Assembly (NCBI RefSeq): GCF_023055435.1
Contig: NW_025963890.1
Location: forward strand, 14,012,001-14,076,000
Length of the DNA: 64,000 bases
Direction: 5' to 3'
Origin: Haliotis rufescens
Taxonomy: Eukaryota
Each line of letters starts with the position of its first letter. Positions within the stretch are counted from its first letter, which is position 1. Of the stretch, positions 13,598 through 27,612 are shown piece by piece. The position numbers were made by a program, and so were the translations under genes. The notes beneath the pieces are model-generated. The model was given only the letters and a program-made list of their open reading frames with translations, did no database searches and had not been told where the DNA came from.

Positions 13598-13874
13598 GTG
13601 AGTGAGTTGTGTTTAACGCCGCTTTAAACATCATTCCAGTTATATCACGGCGTGTCAGCTCAATGTGGGAGGAAAGCCCGAAGTGATGCAGGTCTCAGAC
13701 GTTTACCACTTCGGTAAAACCCACGAGCACGGGTATGGTGCTGACAAACCTAGAAACATAATCGGGGCGAAAGGGAATTCGAACACACAATCATAGGTTT
13801 CTGGCGTGCCCGAGGGACGCAACTCTGCACAGCGAATCGCGGCGCCTTAGACGACTGGGCGACCCGTGCCCCCT
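13598..13874 (-). mobile_element. SINE family B, full length, 12-bp TSD
   Basis: TSD accaatgcttta at 13586-13597 and 13875-13886; A/B-box-like head; (ACTC)n tail. Confidence 0.93.
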
Positions 13875-16800
13875 ACCAATGCTTTAAACACTAAACAGTA
13901 GTTCCTCAAACTTGTCTACCCTGAACAAGATGGGTGAGATTTGAGCTTTTAAGTTGGTGGCCTTTCTTGGAGAATGAGTGTGGGCTTAGGGGTAAAGGAG
14001 GGCAATGGGACTGGGGAGAGACGAATTAGGGCGGGGTCGCTATATCAGCTAGGGGCCAGGGGCCGTCTGTGGCAACAGCAGTCGTAGGCATGAGGCGGTT
14101 TGTTTGCATCAAGAAGGACATCGGGTAGTGGAATCGCTGGATCGATAATAATGTCGGCGTATACACGTAGTGGTTACGGAGTTATATAATTGGTGTTTAA
14201 ATGGAGTCTGTTTTGCTCTTGGAAGAACTGGGATGGTTGGCATCGGGTTTACGATATGTGGATAGTACTTCAGTAAACACCAAACCATTTTACAAGGAGT
14301 GGACAAAGTTGGATTTGAAGAGAACGGTTGTGAGATTTTTAACAGTGTAAGTCAATTAGTGAGACGTCAAGTTGTATTTTCTGCACTCCTCGTTCCTGCA
14401 TCTTCATTATTAACTGGACGTTTAGTCAATCTTTATTGCATCTAGTTTAAGAAAGAACGGGGATGTAAACGACTCACCATATCATTTAAAACAGACGTCA
14501 GCAATCTGAAAAGAGTGGCAATTGACAGAACATGAATATTTTAGCGAAAACAGACAACCCATAATCGGTCATGTCTAGTCATCAGTGACATGTGACTTAA
14601 TGCCATACAGATGTCGTCCCCCTAACTCACAAGAAATCAATACTGTTTAGGCATGGCATGCAATAAACTGCAAAAAAAGGTATATACTAATTGCAGACGC
14701 CGAGAAGGGAATTATACTTCAACCCTGTTAAGTGCAGCCAGGTTTTATAACCCTCGTACATGCAGTAAAAGATTTGTACATCAGTCATCTAGTGATCCTC
14801 AATTTGGATTGGCGGTTCATTACATACCGCTATTTTTACTATATAATAGCGAGCAAAATATGTTGGATTAGTGAATATTTTGGGGGATATGTTTTTTGTA
14901 GTGAAGACTTAACAAACAATTTAACAAATATATCCCCACAAATATCCACGATCCCTTTCTTCTTTTGTTCAGTATATAATGAATTTATAACTCTATGATC
15001 CAGTGCATATATTAGGTCAGGCAACAAATATGCATACACTGGACTGTATTGTCCGTTGTATTTACTAAATTAATACTTCAAGTCAACATAAATGAATGAC
15101 TACACTTGGTTCAAAATGCGACACCTGCATCATTAAAAGGTCATTCAGCGTTATAATGGGGGAAGAGAACATTATCAGATCATTTTGTTAAACCATTTAA
15201 CTTTTAATACTACATTTCTACTAGAGAGATTTGAATAAACCAAGGATGTTTGGAAAGTCATCCAATGAAATTTGTTTCGGTAGATTATCGAGGATATTCT
15301 CTGGATATGACGTTTAATATTTAGTAACTTACATTTAAACACTTTAAATTCTTACAAAGTTAGAGTCACACGCATGTTTATATGTGTCACATGTTTATTG
15401 AAAACAATAAAGAATATCTGCCACGATAAAATACACAGCACTTTACCTCATGCACGTTCCACAAATACAGATTAATAACTTTGCATTTTGAATATCAATA
15501 TTAATCTTCGATGTCTTGTAATTGTGATAGGTGTTTTAACATGGTTGTATTTTACATTTAACGTGCACAACATGATAACATAGGTTACTTTGGTCGTGCT
15601 TTGACATCAATACAAAAGAAGGTTCATGTCAAAGTTAGGCTCCGCATATTTCCTATGATGGAACAGCTCAGCTTCATTGTACACGCTTCATCAGCGCTTG
15701 TTTTAGACCAGTTCGACCCCGAAGCAGTGAGCGCAGGATCCTTCCTACTCGTAACTTCTCCAACATTAAAGCATATTTTCCTCACCACTAATGAGGATTC
15801 CTGCCACCTCTTACCCCTTCAGATGGCAAGATCACAGACAATGCACCATTGATCCGCTGTGCTTCAAAAGCTGCGGGCAATAAGCCGTCAGGTAAATAGT
15901 ATCTATGTGCCTGTTGCACAATGAGGAATTATGGGTTAACAGATCAGTCGTACCTTGAGGGGATTCTGGGGTGCCTTTGTTGTGTAGTGATTGAGTTAAA
16001 GTGTTGCGTTTTAAAGAAGGAAACATGCAAATGCAATCACGTCGTTTATTTGTGCTTGGAGCATCACTAGACAAAATGGCCTTGAAAGCTAACACCAGGC
16101 GTCAAGAGAGACACGCCCGTTGGGAATTCTGTAGGTTACTATAAAGTTAACATAGGGGAAAACAACCTTTCTACTTTAAGCAATGACCTTTCCTTAATTT
16201 AATGATATCACCATAGACCATGATTGGACGAAATTTATCAAAGGCAGCGAGCCGGATTTTTTCATAGAGAACCAGAATGGTAAGGCGTGCACTCAAGCAC
16301 AGGTCACATAGCCTTAATGTTAGTAGTTTGGCCTGTCTCCTTTTACATATTGATTTTCATAATCTAACTTTCATGTTAAATTACATAATGCATACGTCTG
16401 TTGTTTTAACAAATCTATAATCATCGTCTAGAATTTTTATTTGTCCATATGGACTAGTAAATTGAAGAATATTGATTGTCAATTACGTAACTGAACAATT
16501 GTAATCTTTCAGACGTATTGAGTAGTGAAATATTTGAATTATTATATTATATTTCTATTTATTTAAGTTTCACATGCATGTGTAAGATATAAACATTTAA
16601 AAAAGCCTTAAAGATTGAATAAAAATAGCCAAAACATATTTTCTGGTCGTGACAAATTCAGCTTCTTCAAATAATGTAAGTAGATTCAAATACGTTCCGA
16701 AACTACCTGAAACGTATTTAGACGCCTCCCGCATGGACTAGACTAAATAAATCATTAGCTCCAAACTATTCAATGACTGGGGAATGTCATTTATTTTGAA

Positions 16801-18661
16801 GCGTCATTTGCTGGTCTCTTAAACATCCATGGCCATTAAGAACTATATCATTTATGTCCGGAAACAATTTGTAAGACACATTTCCCAAATGACGTCATCT
16901 ACGTATTGATTGATAACAAAACTGATTAAGGCACCACTAGACAAGCTACATACTGATTCTCTGAAGGGCCCAGCGCGGTACGTGGCCGTTAAAGAATAAA
17001 CAAAGTCATCTTGGAGCTAATCACAAAAGTCATGCTTCTTAAGATGGAATTGTCTTTCTTTTTTATCACAACATTACCACATTCATTCGTCCTTTCTTGA
17101 TTACCGAGACTACCAGAGCAAATCATTGACAGTAATACCGTGCCCAGCAAACTGATTTATGATGACAAACATTCTCCATACGTGATAAGGGAAACAGAAT
17201 TAAAAAAGGGTTGCCAATAAAGGCCAAAATGCGCCTTTGACAAGGCATTACCGAGGCTTCGAGAAGACGTAGCTTTTTCCAAGAGACAAATATGTCCTGC
17301 TCACGAGAAATTTTCAAATATGAATGTCTCGGGGTCCAGCTGAGAAGGACTATGGGTTTAATGGGCACTATGTCAACATAGATGGTGGTGTTCACCAGGC
17401 AGGCTTTGAAGTCACGGGGAAGACAATGGCGGATGTGGGGAAAATAAGGCTTCCTTCTGATTACCACCAGAGCCCACTGGTAGTCGTGTGTCATCCACAG
17501 TGCTAATTCTACAGCTACCTGACGTGTAAACATATTACCACAGACACATGAAGAAACCATATTGTCGTTCCTTGGTCGTGTTCCCAACGTTCTTCATAGC
17601 AACATAGGCCATAGTGTTGGTTGAAGACCTTTGTCTGAATTTACTGTCAAATGTCGTCTTTGGGGTTGAGCGTGTTTTGATACTATAATGTGTTATGCAA
17701 TTAGACTCATAAAGTTGTCATATCAAGTATTATGTGTCACACTGTCAGAAAAATTGACATCTGCAGTGAAGAAGAAGCCTAATAATGAGTACATGTACTG
17801 CGACAGATAAATTATGCCTTAAAGAAGAAACACCTTATGACCGTATTTGCAGTATACTTCATAGTGACATTGTTGAATGTATATATGTCAGTTATATTGG
17901 GATGGTGGTATGTTATGATGCTGGGTCGTTCACGGCGAAATCAGAAATCCTTGTATGAACGTACAAACAGTTTTTTCGGATCCTGGTATTTCATGTCCAA
18001 TATTTATCAACATATATATGAAAACTGTGAAGCGGAAGAGGGTGCCTCATGGTTGGCAAAGCTTCAATAACGTAAGAGCACAGATCGCAGGACCTTCCCA
18101 TTTCTGTAGGTGAGTGGGTGAATGACATGGGTTAAAAGGTGTTTAGACTTCACGGCCTGATTCCTTTTGCCAGTGTCGATTTTAGCATTGTACTTATCTC
18201 CGGTCAATATTATCTCAATGTAATAACTCAATTCCCAAACAACTGACTTTTTATGAGTGGTGAATGACTTGATTCAAACATGCCAGAACTTCGGACTTAC
18301 ACAATCTCATTCACTTAGTTCTTATGGCAATGTCTGGAGTCGACCATTTGTCGGGGTTAGGGGTTATGGCTNNNNNNNNNNNNNNNNNNNNNNNNNNNNN
18401 NNNNNNNNNNNNNNNNNNNNNNNNNNNNNNNNNNNNNNNNNNNNNNNNNNNNNNNNNNNNNNNNNNNNNNNNNNNNNNNNNNNNNNNNNNNNNNNNNNNN
18501 NNNNNNNNNNNNNNNNNNNNNNNNNNNNNNNNNNNNNNNNNNNNNNNNNNNNNNNNNNNNNNNNNNTAGGTATACGACATGACTAAGGTTACTGCCGTTA
18601 CCAGTCTAAAACCCCGTGTGTCGGGAATGAATATTTGTCACTGTCAATTCACAAAACGCTG

Positions 18662-19015
18662 GTGCCGCCTCCGTGGTCTTGTGGTAGAGCGTCCGCCCGG
18701 AGAGCGGAAGGTCCGGGGTTCGATCCCCGGCCGCGTCATACCAAAAGACGTTAAAAGATGGCACTTGTTGTTACCCTGTCTGGCGCTCGACATTAAGGGG
18801 CTAAAACAAGGACTGGTCGGCTCGGAGTCAGTATACTGTGTCTGAGTGGGGTATTCATGTTAAACTGCGGCATGGTATCTCAGTGAGCTAGCACTATAAA
18901 TCGGCATCAGTCCGGACTAGTACAAGCAGCTACACACACACACACGTGCATGCACGTTGCTATATAAGTGCAATAATCGTAGACGCGACGTTAAACCCAA
19001 TTTCACCTCACCTCA
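18662..19015 (+). mobile_element. SINE family A (tRNA head, Meta/MESC-like domain, (CACCT)n tail), copy 1
   Basis: A box gtggtcttgtgg and B box ggttcgatccc; body gtcataccaaaagacgttaaaagatgg resembles the Meta/MESC domain (from recall); TSD tcacaaaac[g/c]ctg at 18649 and 19013. Confidence 0.93.
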
Positions 19016-19373
19016 CAAAACCCTGTCCAGATCCGATTGTACGATTCCGACTACATCATGAGCATGTGTTTATGAATCGGTATCAAATAGAAATGCTACC
19101 AGGTGACGCGAATAGCTGAACGTATCCTGCACCCGTCGCAAATACACGCAAAGGCAAGTCAATTGTTCACCTTAAAAAAACACGGGAACATATGGTACAA
19201 GTTAAATAGGGAATTGCATCAGACATAATTTTTTGTAACTGATGCGTCAAATTTCGAAATGCGCTCCACGTGTTTATCATTAAACTTTTTGAAACCTTTA
19301 CTGAGGACTTGAATGTTGTAACCTTGATCAACTGTTGTAACTTATAATCAAGAGTTGTATGACGCTCTTTCAA
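19016..19373 (-). mobile_element. PLE-like RT element, 3' fragment with ORF C-terminus (family C, copy 3)
   Basis: ORF 19167-19373 (KERH...HQLQKIMSDAIP) parallels 49.2-49.4 kb (DFKER...HQLQKWTDTIS); shares the 3' UTR. Confidence 0.78.
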
Positions 19374-19611
19374 ATATTGTTGTGGACCATTGGATTTGAA
19401 CAGACGTATATTTGGAAATAAAAAAAGAACGATTACGAGAAGACATTAATATCTCTGCTTCTTCTTCTTCTTCTTATTCAATTTTTAAAATATATATTAT
19501 GTAAGGTGAACATCTTGTCATATGTCACAATATAATAATGTAGGTTGTGAACCTATCACGCAGAGTATGAAACACAGACAAGTATGACAAGGCATTACTT
19601 GGTGTGACCGC

Positions 19612-19969
19612 GACCGCCTCCGTGGTCTAGTGGTGGAGCGTCCGCCCGGACAGCGGAAGGTTCGGGGTTCGATCCCCGGGCGCGTCATACCAAAAGACGT
19701 TAAAAGATGGTACTTGTTGTTACCCTGTCTGGCGCTCGGCATTTAGGGGCTAAAACGCGGACTGGTCGGCTAGGAGTCAGTATACTGTGTCTGAGTGGGG
19801 TATTCATGTTAAACTGCGGCATGGTATCTCAGTGAGCTAGCACTATAAATCGGCGTCAGTCCGGACTAGTACAAGCAGCCACACACAAACACACACGCGT
19901 ACATGCAGTCGCTATATAAGTGCAATAATCTTGGACGCGACGTTAAACACCATTTCACCTCACCTCACC
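19612..19969 (+). mobile_element. SINE family A, copy 2, 12-bp TSD
   Basis: TSD tggtgtgaccgc at 19600-19611 and 19970-19981; closely similar to copies 1 and 3. Confidence 0.95.
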
Positions 19970-20919
19970 TGGTGTGACCGCCACTGGAATTCAAATTCCA
20001 ACTGATATACAGCGATTCTGTGTATTCGGACATCTATTGTATTACCGATCATCATAAACAGATTCTCCGCCAGTCTGACGTACCTCCGGAGACACGCCCT
20101 GTAGATCTCGTCCCCGGGGGTCACTGCTTAAACACACACTCTAATTCAATATTGATGTCTCTTGATACCATATTCTCTTTGATGTATATTTTTATGGTAT
20201 TTTACTATGTAAAGCGTTCTTCGGACTCGAGTGAGGGATTAGATTATGAGTGAGGGATTTGTTGAAACTGTTGCCCGTAATGTTGTTAGGAGGAACGATT
20301 GAACATTAAAAACTCAGGAGAATGGCTTTGTAGACCAAAAAGCTTTGTTTGACGTGAGATTAGTCTTATCGGCCTTAATTCTTATCATCCTTCAGACAAA
20401 CAACACTAATCCGTTTTATAAAAAAGGGAAAAGTTCCGTGGCTTGAATACATTGAAATCATACCAAAGGAACTCCGTTTCGTAAAACAATTATCCTTAGT
20501 TACAAAAAGTCATGTTTCATACGCAGTCTGATACCAATATGTGAATAAAAGCAATGCTGACATGGGTATAAAGCAGTGTGAAAGTTAGATTTCTTTACCA
20601 CACCAAACTCACTCACTCCTTGCCACAGGCTGCAGAATACTCGCATGTATAACAGAGTCGGAAATTAAAAGGGTGGACAAATTGAAATTTTACATATATG
20701 TATCATTTTGGGTCGGAAAGCGACTGAATGGTTTTAAGAATCTCACCCGACTGTCTTTTGATATCAAATATATCAACGAGTGTGGGAGCCAGTTTTGGAT
20801 GATGAATATTTTTTAAAAACACATACTCCCCGAACTGATGACTCGATATCGTAAATATATGTAGTTACTCCAGATATACTTGAAAATCTATTCTATGACG
20901 TCGTGGTAAAATACTAGCT

Positions 20920-21027
20920 GATATTAATCACTGGATTGTCTGGTCCAGACTCGATTATTTGCAGACCGCCGTCATATAGCTGGAATATTGCTGAGTGCGG
21001 CGTTAAACAACAAACCAACCAACCAAC
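20920..21027 (+). mobile_element. SINE family E, 3' half
   Basis: atcactggattgtctggtccagactcgattatt...tagctggaatattgctgagtgcggcgttaaacaacaaaccaacc. Confidence 0.85.
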
Positions 21028-24000
21028 ATACAACTGCAGCTCATAATCATGAAACATCGTCACTTAGCATTAATGGAAACCACCAGGTATAAATTCAACC
21101 AGTACTATGGCTTCCCAATCCCCAAACAACCGCTTGCATGTAGCTGTGTGTTAAACCTGACAGAAAGCAACATTGCCCACAAGTGGAGTGGCCGTAATAC
21201 AGCAAAGTACACGCGATATTTACTCAAACACAAACCAACAAAACAAAACTCTTTAATCAGAGGAGACCTCGTGTGTACATCGTACGATCATTGTCATTCT
21301 GTGCCATTCGGTGACTCCTAAATGAAGACAGAAAGTTGAAGAAGCCATCTCGCCCACGGTGTTACTTACCATTGTGGACGTGTTGATATATAGCGTTCGA
21401 TGTTTTATTCAATGGCAGGTGCCCGTCTACACTACGGTAATCACTTCCTATACCGTCAGGCAGACGGCAGCTGGCCTATCAAGCCTCATTTTAAAGTAAA
21501 ACAACAAAGCTTCACAGTTTACCTTCTAACACCTCATTACTCGAATGTCCATTTGTCAACTTAAGTCGGAGAAATGGCTCGGTCTCCAGCCGCTATGGCT
21601 CAGACCTGGATCAGACAAAACACATGGCTTCCTTGGTCACCACCGAGATGTTTCCCAGAAGCTGCAGGGTGCTAGAACAGGGCTACTTCTGATATTTGCT
21701 GTTTTGTGTCTCCTGCAGTGTGGCACTGACCGTTGTGTGGGTTGACTAGGTTTAGTTCAGACCGACATTGTGTTCAGTAGAGCTAGTGTGCACTCCATAT
21801 ATATCAATGTGGTTTNNNNNNNNNNNNNNNNNNNNNNNNNNNNNNNNNNNNNNNNNNNNNNNNNNNNNNNNNNNNNNNNNNNNNNNNNNNNNNNNNNNNN
21901 NNNNNNNNNNNNNNNNNNNNNNNNNNNNNNNNNNNNNNNNNNNNNNNNNNNNNNNTCAAACTACAATTATTTGTTTGATCACATATCAATCAACCAAAAA
22001 TGGATTTGAAACTGAAAAATTAAGAAATATTAGCAAAATTATTCAGATGACATATTTTCAACCAAACAATATCATCATCTATATCATATTTGGCATTTTA
22101 CTTCGATAATCATTCTTCAAGCATTCAACAGTGTAAGATGGAGATATAAACTTTAGGGTTTACCCCCACCATCAATCTGTGTAGCTAACACGTTCGTTAT
22201 GTGGTCGTAACTGCTTGGAAGCTGCAGTTCATTTTCAAGAGCTTCGTTGGGATTACAGATTCTAACATTTCATTCATTGGAGGATTGCAGCCAATCCACT
22301 CTCATTTGGAAAAACTTGATCCTCGACTAAATTCTCGAATGACTGGAAGAAAATCGCGGCAGTGTTAAGTCCCTTGCCGCGCTACCTGACCCCAAAGGAT
22401 CGGAAACAACGTTGCTGTGTCTTGACTAGTATTCGGCAAATTGCAGGGTCCGCCGCTTTTAGACTTTGATCAATGACTACATGTGTTTGGGGGACACTAT
22501 GTCTCTACGGTTTGGTAGACAGGATGGCAATTGCACTCAACTGGAATACTTCAAACTTCCGAAATTGTTTTTCAGTTGTCCTCTGTTATGTGATGGTATC
22601 TTCTCTAAGGCAACACGATCATAAAATGCAAATATTTTTTCTTTGCTAAACGTGAAACCTCTTCTTAATAGACGAGCCATGTTTGACGCTTCAGAATAGC
22701 ATTGTGTCCACCAAAATACAAGAAGATATTAATGTGTGAAAACATGTTCACTTGTTTCGTTTCAAACGTAGCAGTATTAGTCAAAATATAGTAACCCCTC
22801 TTTTATAGAAAAGTCCAAATTTACCCAATATTAGGTTACGTTTAGCTACAAATATACAAGATTTTATTTGAACACATGTTCTCTTTCATACATCTTAACA
22901 GTGCTTAAAACATACTTGCTCCAACGCTTATATAATCAAGAATACCTTTGTGCTTAGAAAGAAAGAACTAACAAATATTTGTTCAAATCTTCCTAACAAT
23001 CATGTGTCCACTTGAGTATGATTTGTTGAACGAGGACAGATTGTTGAGTTGTTAATGCTATTAAGACAAAAAAATCTCCTTAAACCAATACATCCAAAAG
23101 CAAGAAATACTGTTCTTCATCCCAATTAGGTTAACCTCTTTAAGAAAACTAATTGCAGTAAAGATGATTGGCTTTCATCTCCACCACAGAGTGTTTCTCC
23201 TTTGTTTGTTTCTTCTTTGTTTTTAATAAATATAGGAAAAGAAAGGATTTCAAAGAGCTCTGCTGACAGACATCGAGTTTTTAAAGATCAATGTGTAAAC
23301 ACATAACCTATGCCTACCATGCATAATGAATAGGAAGAGGTCGTGGAGAGGGAGCGGCTTGCACCGACACAGCAGAATTTATGAATGACAATGCGTCTGT
23401 CTGTTTTCCCTTCCATCTGAAATGCTAAATCTTCTTATGCCCTGGGTAGGGGAATCCGAGCTTCTTGCATACTAAAACAGATATTGTTAGTTCTTTGTGA
23501 CGTTAACTATCTCTAGGTTTCACCGCTATGTGAATATACGACTAGTAAAATAAGATTTGTTTTGAGTAAGAGTGTATTAGTTTTATAGAGTTAAAAAAAA
23601 GTTGATGTATGATTATGAAAAATGTGGATTGGAATCTTGTTTAACGTCCCTTTGAACTGCTTCCGTGTGGTATCCTGAAAGGTCGTCAAAGTCCTGGTGG
23701 ACAGAATAAAACGGCAATTTGCAAATCTGAAACTTACCTTCTGTGACCAAATCCAACCCACATATATCTTAAATCTTCATAAACCAGCATAAATAGTGAC
23801 TTTTAACCTTGTATTGAAACGCAATTTTTGGGGGGAAACAGCCTCTACCCTTCTCACAAATTAAAATAACCCACTGCCCATCAACATGTTTTTACCAAAA
23901 GTTACGGTGTCAGGTTTCTGGTTCATCATCCCAACCCTTATCCTTTCTGAGAATTACGGGGTCATTCCTGACAAGCCAATGTAGGTTATGTCAGCTCCTG

Positions 24001-24492
24001 CGTTAATAGTTGATGTGGCGTTAGCATGACGAGTGGACAAGCTACTAAGGACCAATTACTTGTCACCGTATGCAGTAATTACAAAGTAACACGGAAGATA
24101 GCAGGGATGTACTCTTCATGCTGCTTGTGTGACCATCCTAATGTAAAATTAACATCCTAGCTTCACTCTTCTTCTATGTTAGTTGGGGAGTAGTCCCTGT
24201 GTTGAAGATATTTGGGCCTTTCGTTATGGTTATTTCACTTCTTAATTATTATAAGACGCAATATATAGTTTAATCACATGTACAACTTGTAATGACAGTA
24301 GGGTTTGCTTAGATTTCTTTCTTCGAAATATATTTGTTAAGTTTAGATACGTTTTAACTATTGTAGATATTTGCATTTTCTTCAAATTATTTGTAACTTG
24401 GGGAAATTGATATAGAATTAAGAAAATTATGATAATGTACGTTAGTTGAAATATTGAAACTAGACAACAGACTTGCGGAATTATGATCCACG

Positions 24493-24665
24493 AGTGAGTG
24501 AGTGAAAATGTTTTACGCTATTGTTTGAAACATTCCAGCGAAATCACGCTGCCGGGACACTGTGAACACAAGGAAAGGGGCTCCTCCTTCTGCACTCATA
24601 CGGGGAATCGAACCCGTGCCTTCGTTGTAATGAACGAAGACTGTACCAACAAGGCTTCCTCGGCG
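24493..24665 (-). mobile_element. SINE family D, diverged copy
   Basis: (gagt)n, ttttacgc...cattccagc...atcacg, and ggggaatcgaacccg (reverse complement of the B box). Confidence 0.7.
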
Positions 24666-26613
24666 CTCTTAGGATCCATGTCGTGAGGATGTAATGCTTG
24701 TAGACAGGTCAACCCTATATATTTTTTAAAGGAGTACCCGAGCCGCATTCTTCCTTAACTTTGAGTAGTTAAACAGAAAATGAATCGTTTTAAAATTATA
24801 CTTCAATTTAAATTATATGTCATATGTGACCAACTCGGATACCTTTGGACCAATGCATCATGCATGACATCGCTCTCTGGAATCATACATTATCACATTA
24901 TATTGTATGTTCAACATTGGATGTGAATGTCTTAACAAAGGTATTTTGCACTGAACGTTTTTACCATATGGTAAGGTAACATTTGCGCACCAGGAGATAC
25001 TGCACCGATGGTGTCTCGACGTATTTAGTGATTCTATTGCGTGACAACCGACACATTTCCCATTTACATCTGGAATGACATCTGGGGAACCTACATTCCT
25101 TTTTATTGTCCTTTGGTTACGTGACGTATGTGACTTCATTAGGAGAGTCGCGCTGTGTAGTCGCAGAACCAGTCAAAACTTAGGTTGTACACTGGTATCT
25201 ACGTTTGTGATGCTTGCATTTACAGACATAGACATATATATCTATAGACATCGTCAGTTTTCAGTAACATTGAGCTTACACGTCTATTCTATGCGTTGTG
25301 GTATGGGTCAGCTTGGTGTAATTTAATTCGTTTCCATATCAGGTGTTACTAGGCCACGAAAACGTTCAGCGTTAAATCGATTTGAACGTTTTCTAAAGCA
25401 CGTGTTGAGTTGCTATGTTCAGCATTGGAACTTTCTTTGCCTTAAATCAATTATCAACAAGAGCATCATTCAACCTCTCCTTCCTCCCTTATATGGTAAT
25501 TATCTTACAGTTGACAAAATTAACTTCGAAACAATGAAAGCTCAAAGATAAAATTGTAAAACTTGGTTTCCGTAAACGACTGGTGATGTTTGATTGTTTG
25601 ACGTAGTCTTTCAGCACCTTCGTTAAAGCAATAATTGCATCATCAAAGTGCATGGGCAGGCGATTTAGCCCGGCGTTTTGGGGAGGAGAGGCATCAATCA
25701 TACGCTGAACTTCAGTGAGCAACTTGTGAATTTAGAAGACTCCCTACACTTCTTCATTGCTTGCGCTTATCCTTAGGGATTAAGCTTTGAGAAAAAAAAG
25801 ATTCTATTAGCAGTGTGCGACTGGGAATGCTGGGGTATAAAACAACGTAAGTTATGTCACGATTTTCGCCAGCGTTAAGCGTTTTTTATTCGCGCCCTGC
25901 ATCAAAACTTAAATTATTTCAGCATCTTTGTGTCTCGATCTTGGAAGCTAAGACCAATTTGACATCTTCTTCACAGTCCACGTTTTGCCTTTCCTGATAG
26001 CAATACGTCGCCTTCATCTTTTATATTTTTAACCAAGTAGATTTTTGGGGGCTCACAAATTTCCCGCGTACAATTAGTTTTGGGACGAATGTTTTGCGTG
26101 ACGTTAATTTCGGAGCTGAGGCTCAGCAAGAAATGTTACTTGGATACTGACCCTCAGTTATCCGTGTGGTTGACAGCAGGAACGTTGAAGACAAAAGAGA
26201 TCCCATGAGATGTCACAGGACGATATTTTTGCTGATAGATGCACATGTGTCTTCTTACAGGTTTTTAGTTGATCAATTTAAATTGAAGACGTTTGATGCC
26301 TTCTAACCTCGAATGTCTTTACTCACATGTGCGCTGATAAATTTGTACCACAGCTGGCCACAATGCAACAGTTTTGGTACTCGTTTAATAGAAATTGTCA
26401 AATCTCCAACTGGAATGCATCAGTGTTGTTTTGAAAACTCAAATTAAATATGAACTATGAACGTACGCATTAGTCTAACTGCGCCATCTCAATACATATA
26501 TTAAGTTGCGATTACATTATTTTACCATTAGAAATAATAAAACACATTCTCAACCTCTATGACGATTCCACATTGGATATTTCATTAATTCCACCGCCTC
26601 TTTGCATCACCAT

Positions 26614-27449
26614 AGGAAATACTATAATCCTAGTTGTAGTACCCTCATAGTACTATCACATTACACCTGACACAGCCACCACCACCACCACCACTACAAC
26701 CACCACCACCACCACCGCCATAACCACTACCATGACTACCGCCACATCAGAGGAACTAATATAATCCCTGTTGTTCTACCCTCATTGTACTATCACATTA
26801 CACATACCACAGCCACCNNNNNNNNNNNNNNNNNNNNNNNNNNNNNNNNNNNNNNNNNNNNNNNNNNNNNNNNNNNNNNNNNNNNNNNNNNNNNNNNNNN
26901 NNNNNNNNNNNNNNNNNNNNNNNNNNNNNNNNNNNNNNNNNNNNNNNNNNNNNNNNNNNNNNNNNNNNNNNNNNNNNNNNNNNNNNNNNNNNNNNNNNNN
27001 NNNNNNNNNNNNNNNNNNNNNNNNNNNNNNNNNNNNNNNNNNNNNNNNNNNNNNNNNNNNNNNNNNNNNNNNNNNNNNNNNNNNNNNNNNNNNNNNNNNN
27101 NNNNNNNNNNNNNNNNNNNNNNNNNNNNNNNNNNNNNNNNNNNNNNNNNNNNNNNNNNNNNNNNNNNNNNNNNNNNNNNNNNNNNNNNNNNNNNNNACCA
27201 CCACGACAAACCACCACCACCAACACCACAACTGCAACCACCATCGCCATCACCACCACCACCACAACCACGACCACCATCACCACCGCCACACATCACA
27301 GGAACTAATAAAGTCCTATTTGTACCACCACATAGTACTATCACATCACATCTCCTACCCTCCTAGCAGTATCACATCACATTTACCACAGCCACCGCCA
27401 CCACCACAGGAAGTACTATAAGTTCAGTTGTACTACCCTCATCGTACCA
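26614..27449. repeat. compound minisatellite: about 65-bp core plus (CAC)n, at least 4 units, spanning a gap
   Basis: A core like aggaa..a.tataa...gttgt..taccctcat.gtactatcacat.acac recurs at about 26614, 26751, 27300 and 27408. Confidence 0.8.
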
Positions 27450-27561
27450 ACCAATAAAGCTACTAATGCTATTAGAAATACTTTCCCATCTGACATTTGC
27501 ACCTGGCCATAGGGATCTTAAATCCCGGAAGTTCACAACGCCATGTTGCGATACGTCTTGT

Positions 27562-27612
27562 CGCCGTCCTATAGCTGGAATATTGCTGAGTGTGGCGTTA
27601 AACAACAAACAA
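27562..27612 (+). mobile_element. SINE family E, 3' tail fragment
   Basis: cgccgtcctatagctggaatattgctgagtgtggcgttaaacaacaaacaaa. Confidence 0.75.

Noticed and set aside
21360-21720. Minus-strand exons suggested by donor-like sites (ATG|gtaagt at 21370; also 1439)
   Set aside because: No consistent open frame or partner exons could be built.
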